In this document: positions 30,900 through 40,307 of the stretch, in pieces
Numbering within the stretch: the first letter of the stretch is position 1
How the letters are laid out: each line of letters opens with the position of its first letter
Assembly: GCA_963832745.1 (NCBI GenBank)
Contig: CAWHVC010000001.1
Coordinates: 32,001-96,000, forward strand
Source of the DNA: Candidatus Bathyarchaeota archaeon
GTDB lineage: Archaea; Thermoproteota; Bathyarchaeia; Bathyarchaeales; Bathycorpusculaceae
Reading direction: 5' to 3'
Length of the DNA: 64,000 bases
Translations under genes and position numbers: made by a program
Notes under the pieces: model-generated
What the model was told of the DNA's origin: nothing
Databases searched by the model: none
The model's input: the letters and a program-made list of their open reading frames with translations, nothing else

Positions 30900-31274
30900 T
30901 TGCACTTGTCGGAACGCGTTTACGATAAGCCTGTCGTATGCATTTTCAAGGAACGTGACGTGAATCCTGAAGTTGACCCTTTTGTGGTTGTTAAAGCAAG
31001 AAAAATGACTTTAAATCAAACAAGAGATTCCAAATACGACTGTTGCATGCAAGATTTCTTCACGCTCATGGGCGACGCGGATTATCTTTCCTCCAAAGAA
31101 GGTGCAGGCGACCATTTTGTGATGTGCTGGTTTGATGATACCCAGCCGGACATGACCCATGATTTACGGCGTTTAAGAGGTGTCACACTTAAAGGCGAAG
31201 CAAAACTGTCGTACACGGAAAGCGGCAAAAGAACCTATAATGCTGAGTTTGAGGCCAAGCAAGCAAGACTCTAA
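30900..31274 (+). CDS. hypothetical protein, tandem paralogue A
   Basis: GAGGT RBS; colinear with 31351..31719. Confidence 0.85.
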   Translation: MHLSERVYDKPVVCIFKERDVNPEVDPFVVVKARKMTLNQTRDSKYDCCMQDFFTLMGDADYLSSKEGAGDHFVMCWFDDTQPDMTHDLRRLRGVTLKGEAKLSYTESGKRTYNAEFEAKQARL

Positions 31275-31350
31275 TCCGATTTAGTTTAAAAACTGCTTTG
31301 TTGGGAATGTTATTATTTGCCGGTTGAGTACTGTTTTTGAGGTAACTTGA

Positions 31351-31719
31351 TTGACGGAGCTTATTTGGAACAAACCAGTGATATCTATTTTCAAGGAGAG
31401 AAGCGCAAATCCTGAGGTTGAACCTTTTGTTGTTGTTAAAGCACGAAAACTTGTAGTTTATCAAACTGGTGAATCGTTTTCTGGGTCGATTCAGGATTTC
31501 TTTAGGCTTATGGGCGATGTTGATTACCTTAATTCAACCGAAGGCGCAAATGACCATTATGTACTCTGCTGGTTTGATGACACAATCCCTGAAATGACTG
31601 GCGATTTTAGAAAATTATCAGGCACACTTTTCAATGGCACTGTAAAGCTTGAAATAAGCGAAAACGGCAAAAGAACATACAATGCAACATTCACTGCCAA
31701 ACGTGCCAAACTTAAATAA
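31351..31719 (+). CDS. hypothetical protein, tandem paralogue B
   Basis: GAGGT RBS; shares KPV..IFKER, PFVVVKARK, MGD.DYL, CWFDD, GKRTYNA. Confidence 0.85.
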   Translation: MTELIWNKPVISIFKERSANPEVEPFVVVKARKLVVYQTGESFSGSIQDFFRLMGDVDYLNSTEGANDHYVLCWFDDTIPEMTGDFRKLSGTLFNGTVKLEISENGKRTYNATFTAKRAKLK

Positions 31720-31906
31720 CAAATTAAGTAAGCAGCAGTACAGGCTTGTTAAACCCGTTTTTTCATGGACAAGCTACCTGTTTTTTGTCTCTTTAAACAG
31801 CCTCATAATGAAAATATGACGTTTTATAGATGAAATTTGCGTTTTTTATGAACTTACTCTTAAATATAACTGAACAATTTGCATATGGTACTGGTTGGAG
31901 GAGACC

Positions 31907-32308
31907 ATGGTAGAGCAAAAGTTACGTGTAACTTTAATTACCGGCAGAACAATCGATCAAGGCGTAGGCAAAGAATTGGGTAAAGGCTCCAAAGAATACT
32001 TTGACAGTGCCGCAGTCTGTTTTCTAGATCCCGTTGACATCAAAAAACTTGGCTTAAAAAACGGCATGAACGTTCAAGTAACATCAAAATATGGTTCCAT
32101 TGTAGTGAAAGCCAAAAAATATAATCACGGTGCAATGCCCGGAATGATCTTTATGCCTTGCGGTCTTTGGGTAAATGCAATTTGTGGTGACGACACATAC
32201 AGTATGGGCATGCCCATCTTCAAAGGATTCTCTGTTGATGTCGAACCAGCCCCAAATAAGCCCGTCTTAACCTTAGATGAGCTTCTAAAACAGGAATTTG
32301 GAAAGTAA
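31907..32308 (+). CDS. fwdD: formylmethanofuran dehydrogenase subunit D
   Basis: LITGRTIDQG, V.VTS.YG, GMP.FKG; GGAGG RBS. Confidence 0.95.
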   Translation: MVEQKLRVTLITGRTIDQGVGKELGKGSKEYFDSAAVCFLDPVDIKKLGLKNGMNVQVTSKYGSIVVKAKKYNHGAMPGMIFMPCGLWVNAICGDDTYSMGMPIFKGFSVDVEPAPNKPVLTLDELLKQEFGK

Positions 32309-32313
32309 TCATT

Positions 32314-33876
32314 ATGACAGAAATAATCAAATCAGTTGTTTGTCCAATATGCGGCTGTCTCTGTGACGATCTTGAAGTAACAGTGGAAAACAACGAGATT
32401 GTCAAAATGAAAAACGGGTGCGCCGTATGTGAAGCCAAAATGGTTCACGGATATAAAAGCGAAGAACGCATCTTAGAACCCATGATACGAAAAGACGGTA
32501 AACTCGTACCTGTATCTATGGATGAAGCAATTCAAAAAGCCGCACAAATTCTTACCGACGCAAAATATCCTCTCTTGTTCGGGTGGACAAGCTCTACAAG
32601 TGAAACCCAACACGTCGGTGTAGAATTAGCTGAAGAACTCGGTTCAGCATTAGACAACTGCTGCAGTGTATGTCACGGTCCATCAGTTATGGCTACCCAA
32701 GAAATCGGTATCCCAACAGCCACACTGGGCCAAATCAGGCATCGTGCAGACTTAATTGTTTACTGGGCATGCAACCCTTGGAGTTCACATCCAAGACATG
32801 TTGAAAGATACACCGCCTTCACTGAAGGCCGCTTTGAAAAAAGCGAATTCAAAGATTACGTTCAAAAACTAAAGGCGCGAGCAAGCCAGAAAAAAGTTGC
32901 TGCAACAATTCGGCGTACACAAGTACGTTATCAACCTCCACCACGTCCACAAACATGCGTCGTCGACGCGCCCCCACAAACCTTGGCAAAAATGGGTCGC
33001 AAAATGATTGTTTTCGACGTAAGAAAAACAATGACCGCCGAAGTAGCTGACTATTTTGTTCAAGTTGAACCAAACACGGACTATGAAATATTTGACGCTA
33101 TGCGGTGCTTAGTCAATGATCAAGAATTAGACGTTGACAAAGTTGGTGGAGTACCTGTTGATTACCTAAAAGATGTTGTAGACGCAATGGTTAACGCTGA
33201 ATTTGGCGCAATCTTCTTCGGTTTAGGTTTAACTCAAAGCGCCGGTAGATTCCGAAACATTGAAATCGCAATTGCATTAACACGTGACCTTAATAGAAAA
33301 ACTAAATTCGTTATTTCTCCAATGAGGGGGCACTTTAACGTTACAGGTGCAAACACAGTTTTTGCTTGGCAGACAGGTTACCCATACGCGCTTGACTTCT
33401 CACAAGGTTACCCACAATATAACCCCGGCGAATTTACTGCTACTGACTTGTTGAGACGCGGCGACAACGATGCTACATTGATTATTTCTGCAGACCCAGC
33501 AGCGCACTTCCCAAAGAATGCAGTTCAAAACATGATGAAGCACCCCTTAATCACAATCAACCCTGATTGGAACGCAATTTCAAGGCTCGGTGACGTGGTG
33601 TTTCCAACACAGTGGTGCGGTATAGAACAATCAGGTACGGCTTACCGTATGGATTCTGTTCCAATTCCACTCAAAAAAGTTGTTGAGGCTCCAAAAGGCG
33701 TTCTTAGCGATGAAGTGATAGTTAGACGGATTCTTGAGGAAGTCCGAGCTATTAAAGCTCAAAAAGCTGCAAAAGAGGGTAAAGAAATGCCAAAAGAAAA
33801 ACCAAAAGAATCCAAAGCTGCCGTTCCTAAAAAAACAGTCAGAAAACCTAAAAAAACTGTAAAAGAGGTTGCCTAA
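32314..33876 (+). CDS. fwdB: formylmethanofuran dehydrogenase subunit B
   Basis: CPICGCLCDD, SVCHGP (Cys ligand), HPRH, MRGHFNV. Confidence 0.96.
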   Translation: MTEIIKSVVCPICGCLCDDLEVTVENNEIVKMKNGCAVCEAKMVHGYKSEERILEPMIRKDGKLVPVSMDEAIQKAAQILTDAKYPLLFGWTSSTSETQHVGVELAEELGSALDNCCSVCHGPSVMATQEIGIPTATLGQIRHRADLIVYWACNPWSSHPRHVERYTAFTEGRFEKSEFKDYVQKLKARASQKKVAATIRRTQVRYQPPPRPQTCVVDAPPQTLAKMGRKMIVFDVRKTMTAEVADYFVQVEPNTDYEIFDAMRCLVNDQELDVDKVGGVPVDYLKDVVDAMVNAEFGAIFFGLGLTQSAGRFRNIEIAIALTRDLNRKTKFVISPMRGHFNVTGANTVFAWQTGYPYALDFSQGYPQYNPGEFTATDLLRRGDNDATLIISADPAAHFPKNAVQNMMKHPLITINPDWNAISRLGDVVFPTQWCGIEQSGTAYRMDSVPIPLKKVVEAPKGVLSDEVIVRRILEEVRAIKAQKAAKEGKEMPKEKPKESKAAVPKKTVRKPKKTVKEVA

Positions 33877-35574
33877 ATGACTGAAATCCTAATCAAAAAC
33901 GGTTTTGTGATTGACCCAATCAACAAGATTGATGGTCAAAAAATGGATATAGCCATTAGAGACGGCAAAATAGTTGAAAAAGTTAACGAGCGTAAAGCCC
34001 AAATCATTGACGCCTCAGGCTTAACAGTTATGGCTGGCGGTGTTGATATTCACAGTCACATTGCGGGTTCAGAAGTTAACATTGGAAGAATGATTCGGCC
34101 TGATGACCACGTGAAAGATGTTGTACGCAAAACAGCTTTAACACGCGCTGGCACTGGCTACTCAATTCCATCCACTTACGTTACCGGTTACCGTTACTCA
34201 AAAATGGGTTACACAACCGTTATGAATCCGTCAATGGCGGCTATGAAAGCAAAACACACTCATGAGGAATTAAACGATATACCCTTAATTGACAAAGCAT
34301 CCTTCACTTTACTGGGTGACTGGTGGTTTGCACTTGAAAACATTGCCAAAGGCGACATTGAAGAATGTGCGAGACACATTGCCTGGATGTTCCAAGCCAC
34401 CCGTAGTTACGCCATCAAAATCGTTAACCCCGGCGGACTGGAATCTTGGGGTTTCGGACATAACGTTCATAGTATTGATGACCAAGTGCCAAACTTCTGC
34501 CTTACACCCCGAGACATCATTACGGGTCTAGCAAAAGTAAACACGATGCTTAACCTGCCTCACACAATTCACTTACATACTAACAATTTGGGCATTCCCG
34601 GTAACTACAAGACAACTCTTGATACAATGAGGGCGCTTGAAAGTGTATACCATGGCGGCAAACCAATTGGGCATATAACTCATGTTCAATTTAGCAGTTT
34701 TGCTGGCGACAGTTGGGCGCACTTTAAATCTGGTGCTGAAGAAATCGCTAATTACCTTAACGCTCACAACCACATGACTGTTGATATTGGTCAAGTCACT
34801 TTTGCAGATACCACAACTATGACTGCTGATGGCCCGTTCGAGTTTTCACTTTATGAGCTTGGCGGTCACAATAAATGGGTGAACAGTGACATTGAAACTG
34901 AAACTAGCGGCGGCATTATACCATTCCATTACAAGAGAAAAAATGCGGTAAATGCTATTCAGTGGTCGATTGGTCTTGAATTATCCTTGTTGATTAAAGA
35001 TCCTTGGAAACTGTTCATGACTACTGATCATCCTAACGCTGGTCCCTTCTATCACTACCCACGGGTTTTCGCTTGGCTACTTAGCCGCAAAGCACGTGAC
35101 GCAACACTTAAACGTTGTAACAAGAAAGCACAGAAAAAGAGTTTACTCCCGACAATTGACCGCGAATACAGCCTCTACGAGTTGGCTATCATTACACGCG
35201 CAGGGACAGCCAAAGCTTTAGGTCTTAAAAACAAGGGTCACCTTGGTGTCGGCGCAGACGCAGACGTTTCAATCTATAACATTAACCCCGAAACAACAGA
35301 CATCGCCCAGAACTACAAGCCAGTACGCAAAGCCTTCGGTAATGCCGCTTACACAATCAAGGACGGCGAGATTGTTGTTAAAGACGCTGAAATCGTTGCT
35401 ACTCCACCGGGCAGAACTATTTGGCTTGACGTTCAAACAAAGGAACCCTGCCGAATCGATGACGAAATGAAACGCAAATTCAGAGAATACTGGACTATGG
35501 AATTTGATAATTACCCAGTGACTGACCACTACATCAAGGTTCCAGAAAAATTAAGCATCAAGGCAAGTGTCTAA
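33877..35574 (+). CDS. fwdA: formylmethanofuran dehydrogenase subunit A
   Basis: DIHSHIAG, KIVNPGG, HLHTNNLG, TTDHPNAGP. Confidence 0.97.
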   Translation: MTEILIKNGFVIDPINKIDGQKMDIAIRDGKIVEKVNERKAQIIDASGLTVMAGGVDIHSHIAGSEVNIGRMIRPDDHVKDVVRKTALTRAGTGYSIPSTYVTGYRYSKMGYTTVMNPSMAAMKAKHTHEELNDIPLIDKASFTLLGDWWFALENIAKGDIEECARHIAWMFQATRSYAIKIVNPGGLESWGFGHNVHSIDDQVPNFCLTPRDIITGLAKVNTMLNLPHTIHLHTNNLGIPGNYKTTLDTMRALESVYHGGKPIGHITHVQFSSFAGDSWAHFKSGAEEIANYLNAHNHMTVDIGQVTFADTTTMTADGPFEFSLYELGGHNKWVNSDIETETSGGIIPFHYKRKNAVNAIQWSIGLELSLLIKDPWKLFMTTDHPNAGPFYHYPRVFAWLLSRKARDATLKRCNKKAQKKSLLPTIDREYSLYELAIITRAGTAKALGLKNKGHLGVGADADVSIYNINPETTDIAQNYKPVRKAFGNAAYTIKDGEIVVKDAEIVATPPGRTIWLDVQTKEPCRIDDEMKRKFREYWTMEFDNYPVTDHYIKVPEKLSIKASV

Positions 35575-35577
35575 ACC

Positions 35578-36393
35578 ATGATAACAATTACACCTAAACG
35601 AGAATTTGACGTGCCAATCCAAGCAGCATGCATTAGCGTTGATGCGCTTGCTGGAAAAACAGTTCAAGAAATTAAGGCAATGCCCATCACTGAAGGAAAA
35701 GAAACAATCACACTCGGCGACGCCTTTGAAGTAACAGAAGACAAAACAGTAGAAACCCCGAACATCACCCTCAACGGCGACTTCTCAAGAGTCAAACGCA
35801 TCGGTCAAGGCATGAAAACCGGTGAAATCGTAATCAACGGCGATGCTGGTATGCATACAGGCGAAAAATTGGCTGGCGGCAAAATCGTTGTAAACGGCAA
35901 TTCAGGCGGCTGGACTGGTAGCGAAATGAAGAAAGGTCTCATTGAAGTCCACGGTGACTCAGGTGACTACACAGCTTCACCCTACAGAGGCACAAACACA
36001 GGCATGAAAGGCGGCTTAATATCTGTTGACGGAAATGTCGGCACAGACGTTGGCTGCTATCTACAAGGCGGAATCATCAAAATCAAAGGTTCAGCTGGAA
36101 GATTCCTCGGTTACCACATGAGCAACGGGACCATCTACCTTGAAAAAGGATGTGACACTCGTGCAGGCGCATGTATGACTGGTGGAAAAATCATCATTAA
36201 CGGTGCAATAGAATTGTTGATGCCAACATTCACTATTGACGCAGTTAAACCAAAAGTCAAAGTAGACGCATCCCAAAACGCAGCGGGACCATTCTACGTG
36301 TTCCTAGGCGACTTGGCAGAGCATGGTACAGGCAAAATCTTTGCATTAAAAACAGCAAACCCAACTTTGAAATCATACGAAAAATACCTCTAA
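35578..36393 (+). CDS. fwdC: formylmethanofuran dehydrogenase subunit C
   Basis: GXGXG beta-helix repeats, YRG...GM.GG, GDLAE.G.G. Confidence 0.96.
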   Translation: MITITPKREFDVPIQAACISVDALAGKTVQEIKAMPITEGKETITLGDAFEVTEDKTVETPNITLNGDFSRVKRIGQGMKTGEIVINGDAGMHTGEKLAGGKIVVNGNSGGWTGSEMKKGLIEVHGDSGDYTASPYRGTNTGMKGGLISVDGNVGTDVGCYLQGGIIKIKGSAGRFLGYHMSNGTIYLEKGCDTRAGACMTGGKIIINGAIELLMPTFTIDAVKPKVKVDASQNAAGPFYVFLGDLAEHGTGKIFALKTANPTLKSYEKYL

Positions 36394-36432
36394 AACTTTA
36401 TTTTTCTTGTAAACAGCGCTTTCTGCGCTACT

Positions 36433-36747
36433 TTACCAACGTTTTTTGCGTTCCCCACTTAATTCTCTTGTTAAGACACCCACAAAGTCTTGATGTTTCC
36501 AAAGAATGTCTCGCCATACAGAACCCTTCTCTGTTAAAGTATACCCTTCTTCTTTAGAGCCCATTATCAAACCGTTGTCTTGAAGAAACTTTATTGTGTG
36601 GTCAGTCTGGGTTTGATTGCCTGCTCTCCGGTAAATATCATACCATACGGCTTTGCCTTTTTGGGCTTGAGCGGTCTTGACGATATCGAGGTACTCTTTA
36701 AGTCTTTCAGCCGCTCTAGAGGGTGGCGGCGAATGGGTTCGCGGCAT
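36433..36747 (-). CDS. small winged-helix protein
   Basis: FLQDNGLI.....GYTLTEKG. Confidence 0.7.
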   Translation of the reverse strand: MPRTHSPPPSRAAERLKEYLDIVKTAQAQKGKAVWYDIYRRAGNQTQTDHTIKFLQDNGLIMGSKEEGYTLTEKGSVWRDILWKHQDFVGVLTRELSGERKKRW

Positions 36748-36750
36748 TAC

Positions 36751-37134
36751 TTAATCCCGTTTTGCTTTCTGTTCTCTGTATTCTTTCACTCGGAGACTTT
36801 TTTCGAGGCTAAACAATGTTTGGTATCGTGCATTGAGTTTGCTATGGCGATATAGTACACATGCGCCAGCCCCTATCGGTATCAAATTTACAAATATTAC
36901 CCATATTGCAAGGAATCCGATGTTTGATAAGTCGATGCTGCCTGTTAGGTATAAGTAGAAGTCTAAGCCCAAACCGAATGCCAGCATGTAAAATCCCAGA
37001 AGGAAATATGCCGATACTGCCTCGTTTAGGTCTTTGGCGATTGTTCGTGCATCTTTTGAAAGTTCATCGTAGACAATATTTAAGGCTTCTAAATCTGCGT
37101 CTACACTTTGATTTTTATCCGACATACAGGTCAT
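36751..37134 (-). CDS. two-TM membrane protein
   Basis: two hydrophobic helices flanked by helical segments. Confidence 0.7.
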   Translation of the reverse strand: MTCMSDKNQSVDADLEALNIVYDELSKDARTIAKDLNEAVSAYFLLGFYMLAFGLGLDFYLYLTGSIDLSNIGFLAIWVIFVNLIPIGAGACVLYRHSKLNARYQTLFSLEKSLRVKEYREQKAKRD

Positions 37135-37308
37135 CTTTAACTACTGTAAATGGTTCTTGAGTATTTCTGGTTAATTCTATAACTTAAAACGCCTTAACTT
37201 CTACATGCCTGCATCTTTACGCTTGTATGCCTTGAACTATGGTACGTTTTAGCCGAATAACTTATCAGACGCGCATGACTCAAAAAAGGCGTTACTGGAG
37301 TGTGGCTT

Positions 37309-38095
37309 ATGCGTCAAGTAGACATGACAAGGCTTGACTTATCAACAGGCACAGCAACCAAAATGAGTGACTGCGTCGCTGAAGAGATTCCGCTTAAAAT
37401 AATCATAAACAACGATTACGCCTTTGTCATCTGGAGTTCCCCTTCACAATTCAAAGAACTTGCAGTAGGCCACCTATTCGCCGAAGACATCCTCTACTCA
37501 ATCGACGAAATCGAAACCATAACAGCCGACGAAGCCGAAAACGTTTGTCATGTACAATTCAAAGCCGACATAAACCTTGACGAACGAATGAAAAATCGTA
37601 GACGCGGTGCAAGAATCGTGCCCCTCATAAAAAACAGCACCTCAGCATATCAACACGACAACAAAATCTCCACAGTAAACTCAGATTTAAAAGTTAAAGC
37701 CCAAACCATCTTTGACGCAATCGCTCGGATGAACGAAAAAGCAACAGGATTCACCAAAACAGGCGGTTTGCATGACAGTGGCATCTTTAAAGCTGATGGA
37801 ACAATGGTTGCTTTCTCGGAGGATGTAGGGCAGGCATAATACGGTTGACAAAGTCATAGGTGAAGGCTTGCTTAATCGAATACGTTTTGCTGAATGTTTT
37901 ATGATTATTACTGGTCGCGTGCCGGGGGACATGATTTACAAGGCCGCACGAGTTGGGTTGCCTATTGTGGCGTCGGTGGCGGCTGTTTTGAATTCGGGAG
38001 TTTCTTCAGCCCAGAAAGCCAACGTTACCTTAGTAGGGTTTGTGCGTGGAAAACGTATGAACGTTTACACCAGCCCAGAACGTATAATCCTATAA
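37309..38095 (+). pseudogene. fdhD: FdhD sulfur-carrier family protein, frameshifted (error or pseudogene)
   Basis: EEIPL, LAVGHL, FTKTGGLH; removing one G at 37828-37830 restores EDVGRHNTVDK and joins ORF 37868..38095. Confidence 0.9.
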
Positions 38096-38106
38096 AACCC
38101 TGAGAG

Positions 38107-39195
38107 TTAAGCGGTTTTGAGTTTATAACGGTGCGGCTGACCCGTTTTACCCATAACCCACGATTCACACCAAGCCTTATCAGCCAACGCACGCTCCATA
38201 AGAAGCAGGCAACCGTTTTTCTCGTAAATTTTAGCTTCATTGCGGTAACTGTTTGCGGCGTCAAAAAAGGCTTCCTTTCCCTCAAAATCAAGGCTCAAAA
38301 ACTCTTTGTTTTCGGTTCCCTGCCGTAGTTGTGCCTGTCCTAGCAACGCTTCACCTTTACCTTCACCTGCCACGCCAGCCCAGAAAAAGTTGCTACAAAC
38401 CTCAAAACGGCTTTTGCATAAATCAAAAATGCTTTGAGCCTTCACAAGCTCTCCTTCTTTAAGCATTTCTGCGGCGTTACGCATAAGCTGCAAATCAGAA
38501 ATGGGCAGTGCTCCATAATTTAGTAACACATTGTCTTTTACGGGACCATGGAGACGGCGGGTTTGCAGTTTTTTTAGGTCCTCTTGAGAGTTGATGTTAA
38601 TGAAGCTTTTAAACGTCGGATCAAGAGTTTTGATTATTTTCATGGGTGAAGCGAGCATGGTTTTAGATGCGGCGCGGGGTATATCGTCGGAACGTGGATG
38701 TTTCAGTTTGCATAGGGTTTCAATGATTTCCAACCCAACCTTGCGTTGGAGAATCATGATGAGCGTTTCCAGTCTGCCGTTAGGCCACATGGGCACAACC
38801 ACCTCAAAACCTTCCGCCAAAGTGAACAAGTAATTGGCTACTTCCTGTTTGACAAAGGGCATATCACACGGTATGACAAGGCACTGGTCAACTTGAGCCG
38901 CTTTTAAACCAGTCATTATTGCAACATTGGGACCGCTAATATCGGCATTTTCATCGACCACAATCTTGGCATTTAACCCATATTTCTCCAAAACCTCAAT
39001 GTACCCTGCTTTACGCTCTTCATCATTAACGCAGACAACCACCTCATCAACTACGCCCTGCACGTTTTCAATAGCGTGAACTAAAAGCGGTTCTCCTCCA
39101 AGCAACGCTAAAGCCTTGTCCTGCCAACCCTGACTCTGCGTCTGGAACCTTTGAGCTTTGCCCCCTGAAAGCACAAGTGCAGCCCGTCGAGTCAA
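38107..39195 (-). CDS. mobA: molybdenum cofactor guanylyltransferase with helical C-terminal extension
   Basis: LSGGKAQRF..DKAL, PCDMPF, FININS.EDL. Confidence 0.88.
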   Translation of the reverse strand: MTRRAALVLSGGKAQRFQTQSQGWQDKALALLGGEPLLVHAIENVQGVVDEVVVCVNDEERKAGYIEVLEKYGLNAKIVVDENADISGPNVAIMTGLKAAQVDQCLVIPCDMPFVKQEVANYLFTLAEGFEVVVPMWPNGRLETLIMILQRKVGLEIIETLCKLKHPRSDDIPRAASKTMLASPMKIIKTLDPTFKSFININSQEDLKKLQTRRLHGPVKDNVLLNYGALPISDLQLMRNAAEMLKEGELVKAQSIFDLCKSRFEVCSNFFWAGVAGEGKGEALLGQAQLRQGTENKEFLSLDFEGKEAFFDAANSYRNEAKIYEKNGCLLLMERALADKAWCESWVMGKTGQPHRYKLKTA

Positions 39196-39207
39196 GTTTT
39201 TTCCTCC

Positions 39208-39762
39208 TTAAGCCTGCTTTTGGTTTTTCGCCAACTGCTGCTTTACTAATTCAACAAGCCTTTCGCCTTCTTCAGGGACCCGTATGACTGGTAAGCCTTG
39301 AATGGTTGTGGCTTCGGTGTTTTTGCTGATTACTCCTGTAACTGCTAGTATGGGTTCAACGTTTTCCCGTAGGGTTTCTTGGAGGGTTTCTGGGTCTTTT
39401 GCAGCTATAATTTTTGAGACGTCTGCTCTTTTGGCGATTAAGCCATGGAATCCTTCGATGAAAATGATGTCTAATGGTTCTTTTTCGATTACTGTCAGTA
39501 CTTGGTCGAGACTGTTTAGTTTCAGTTCGGTTCTTTTTATTACTGACACCTCTTCTGGTGAAATTGCCGCAACAACTTTGGCGCCAGCTTGGGCATAACG
39601 CCAGGTGTTTGTGCCTTTGGTGTCAATCGTAAACCCCATGTGGTGGACGTGTTTGATTGCGCCGATTTTGTAGCCTTCACGTGAAAGCTGGTTGACTAAG
39701 TATTCGATGGTGAATGTTTTTCCTGAACCGCTTCTTCCTACTGTGGCGACAATTAAAACCAT
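39208..39762 (-). CDS. mobB: molybdopterin-guanine dinucleotide biosynthesis protein B
   Basis: GRSGSGKT, IKH, AGA, IEGF. Confidence 0.93.
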   Translation of the reverse strand: MVLIVATVGRSGSGKTFTIEYLVNQLSREGYKIGAIKHVHHMGFTIDTKGTNTWRYAQAGAKVVAAISPEEVSVIKRTELKLNSLDQVLTVIEKEPLDIIFIEGFHGLIAKRADVSKIIAAKDPETLQETLRENVEPILAVTGVISKNTEATTIQGLPVIRVPEEGERLVELVKQQLAKNQKQA

Positions 39763-40068
39763 GCCCTATTCGCTCCTATGGGTTTTTGGTTTTTTGGGTT
39801 TATAAGTTAATTCCTCTGCATTTTTGTGTTTTTATATGTGGTTTGTTGTCCAGTTTGTGTTCCTGTTTGGCTCATTTTCAGGCTGGTTTTAACGCAGGGT
39901 TTTTGGGCTTGCGTTTGGTCTTTCCATTTCACGAGAGTATTATGCGACGTGCCTGGAGCATGAGAGTCCAAGGTTTGCTGGGTTTTTTGTTGTTTGCTTA
40001 TCAATCTACGATGTTATTTATTAGTCAGGTCGTGGTTGGTGTTTTTAAGTTTTTCCAATAAAAATTTG

Positions 40069-40092
40069 CGATATGATTATATAGTAATATCG
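40069..40092. promoter_or_regulatory. 24-bp palindrome CGATAT-N12-ATATCG (ModE-box-like) enclosing TATA-like TTATATA
   Basis: CGATATGATTATATAGTAATATCG between divergent mobB genes. Confidence 0.6.
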
Positions 40093-40105
40093 TGTTTGTA
40101 TGCAC

Positions 40106-40222
40106 GAAGGAATAAGAGGCCGCTACACAGCGCAAGAACAGCAGTAAACTAGACGCCTCTCCTCCAACTACCCGAGCATCTAGCAAGCAGCTGTCCTTAC
40201 GCCCAAGCCCTCACTTCCCTTC
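40106..40222. ncRNA. candidate structured RNA, long hairpin copy A
   Basis: nested stems GAAGG/CCTTC, GAGG/CCTC, GCGCAAGAACAGC/GCTGTCCTTACGC, CTAGA/TCTAG. Confidence 0.5.
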
Positions 40223-40307
40223 ATTACCACAAATTTGCCCACTCCTAAGTCGCTACATTTTTCTTCTAAAACATCTACTTCTTAACTGAGCCATAAGAGG
40301 GAAGGAT

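Noticed and set aside
32665-32682. Selenocysteine variant of FwdB
   Set aside because: The ligand codon is TGT (Cys)
39807-40004. 65-aa Q/K/T-rich ORF upstream of mobB
   Set aside because: Explained by local compositional skew; no RBS or motif
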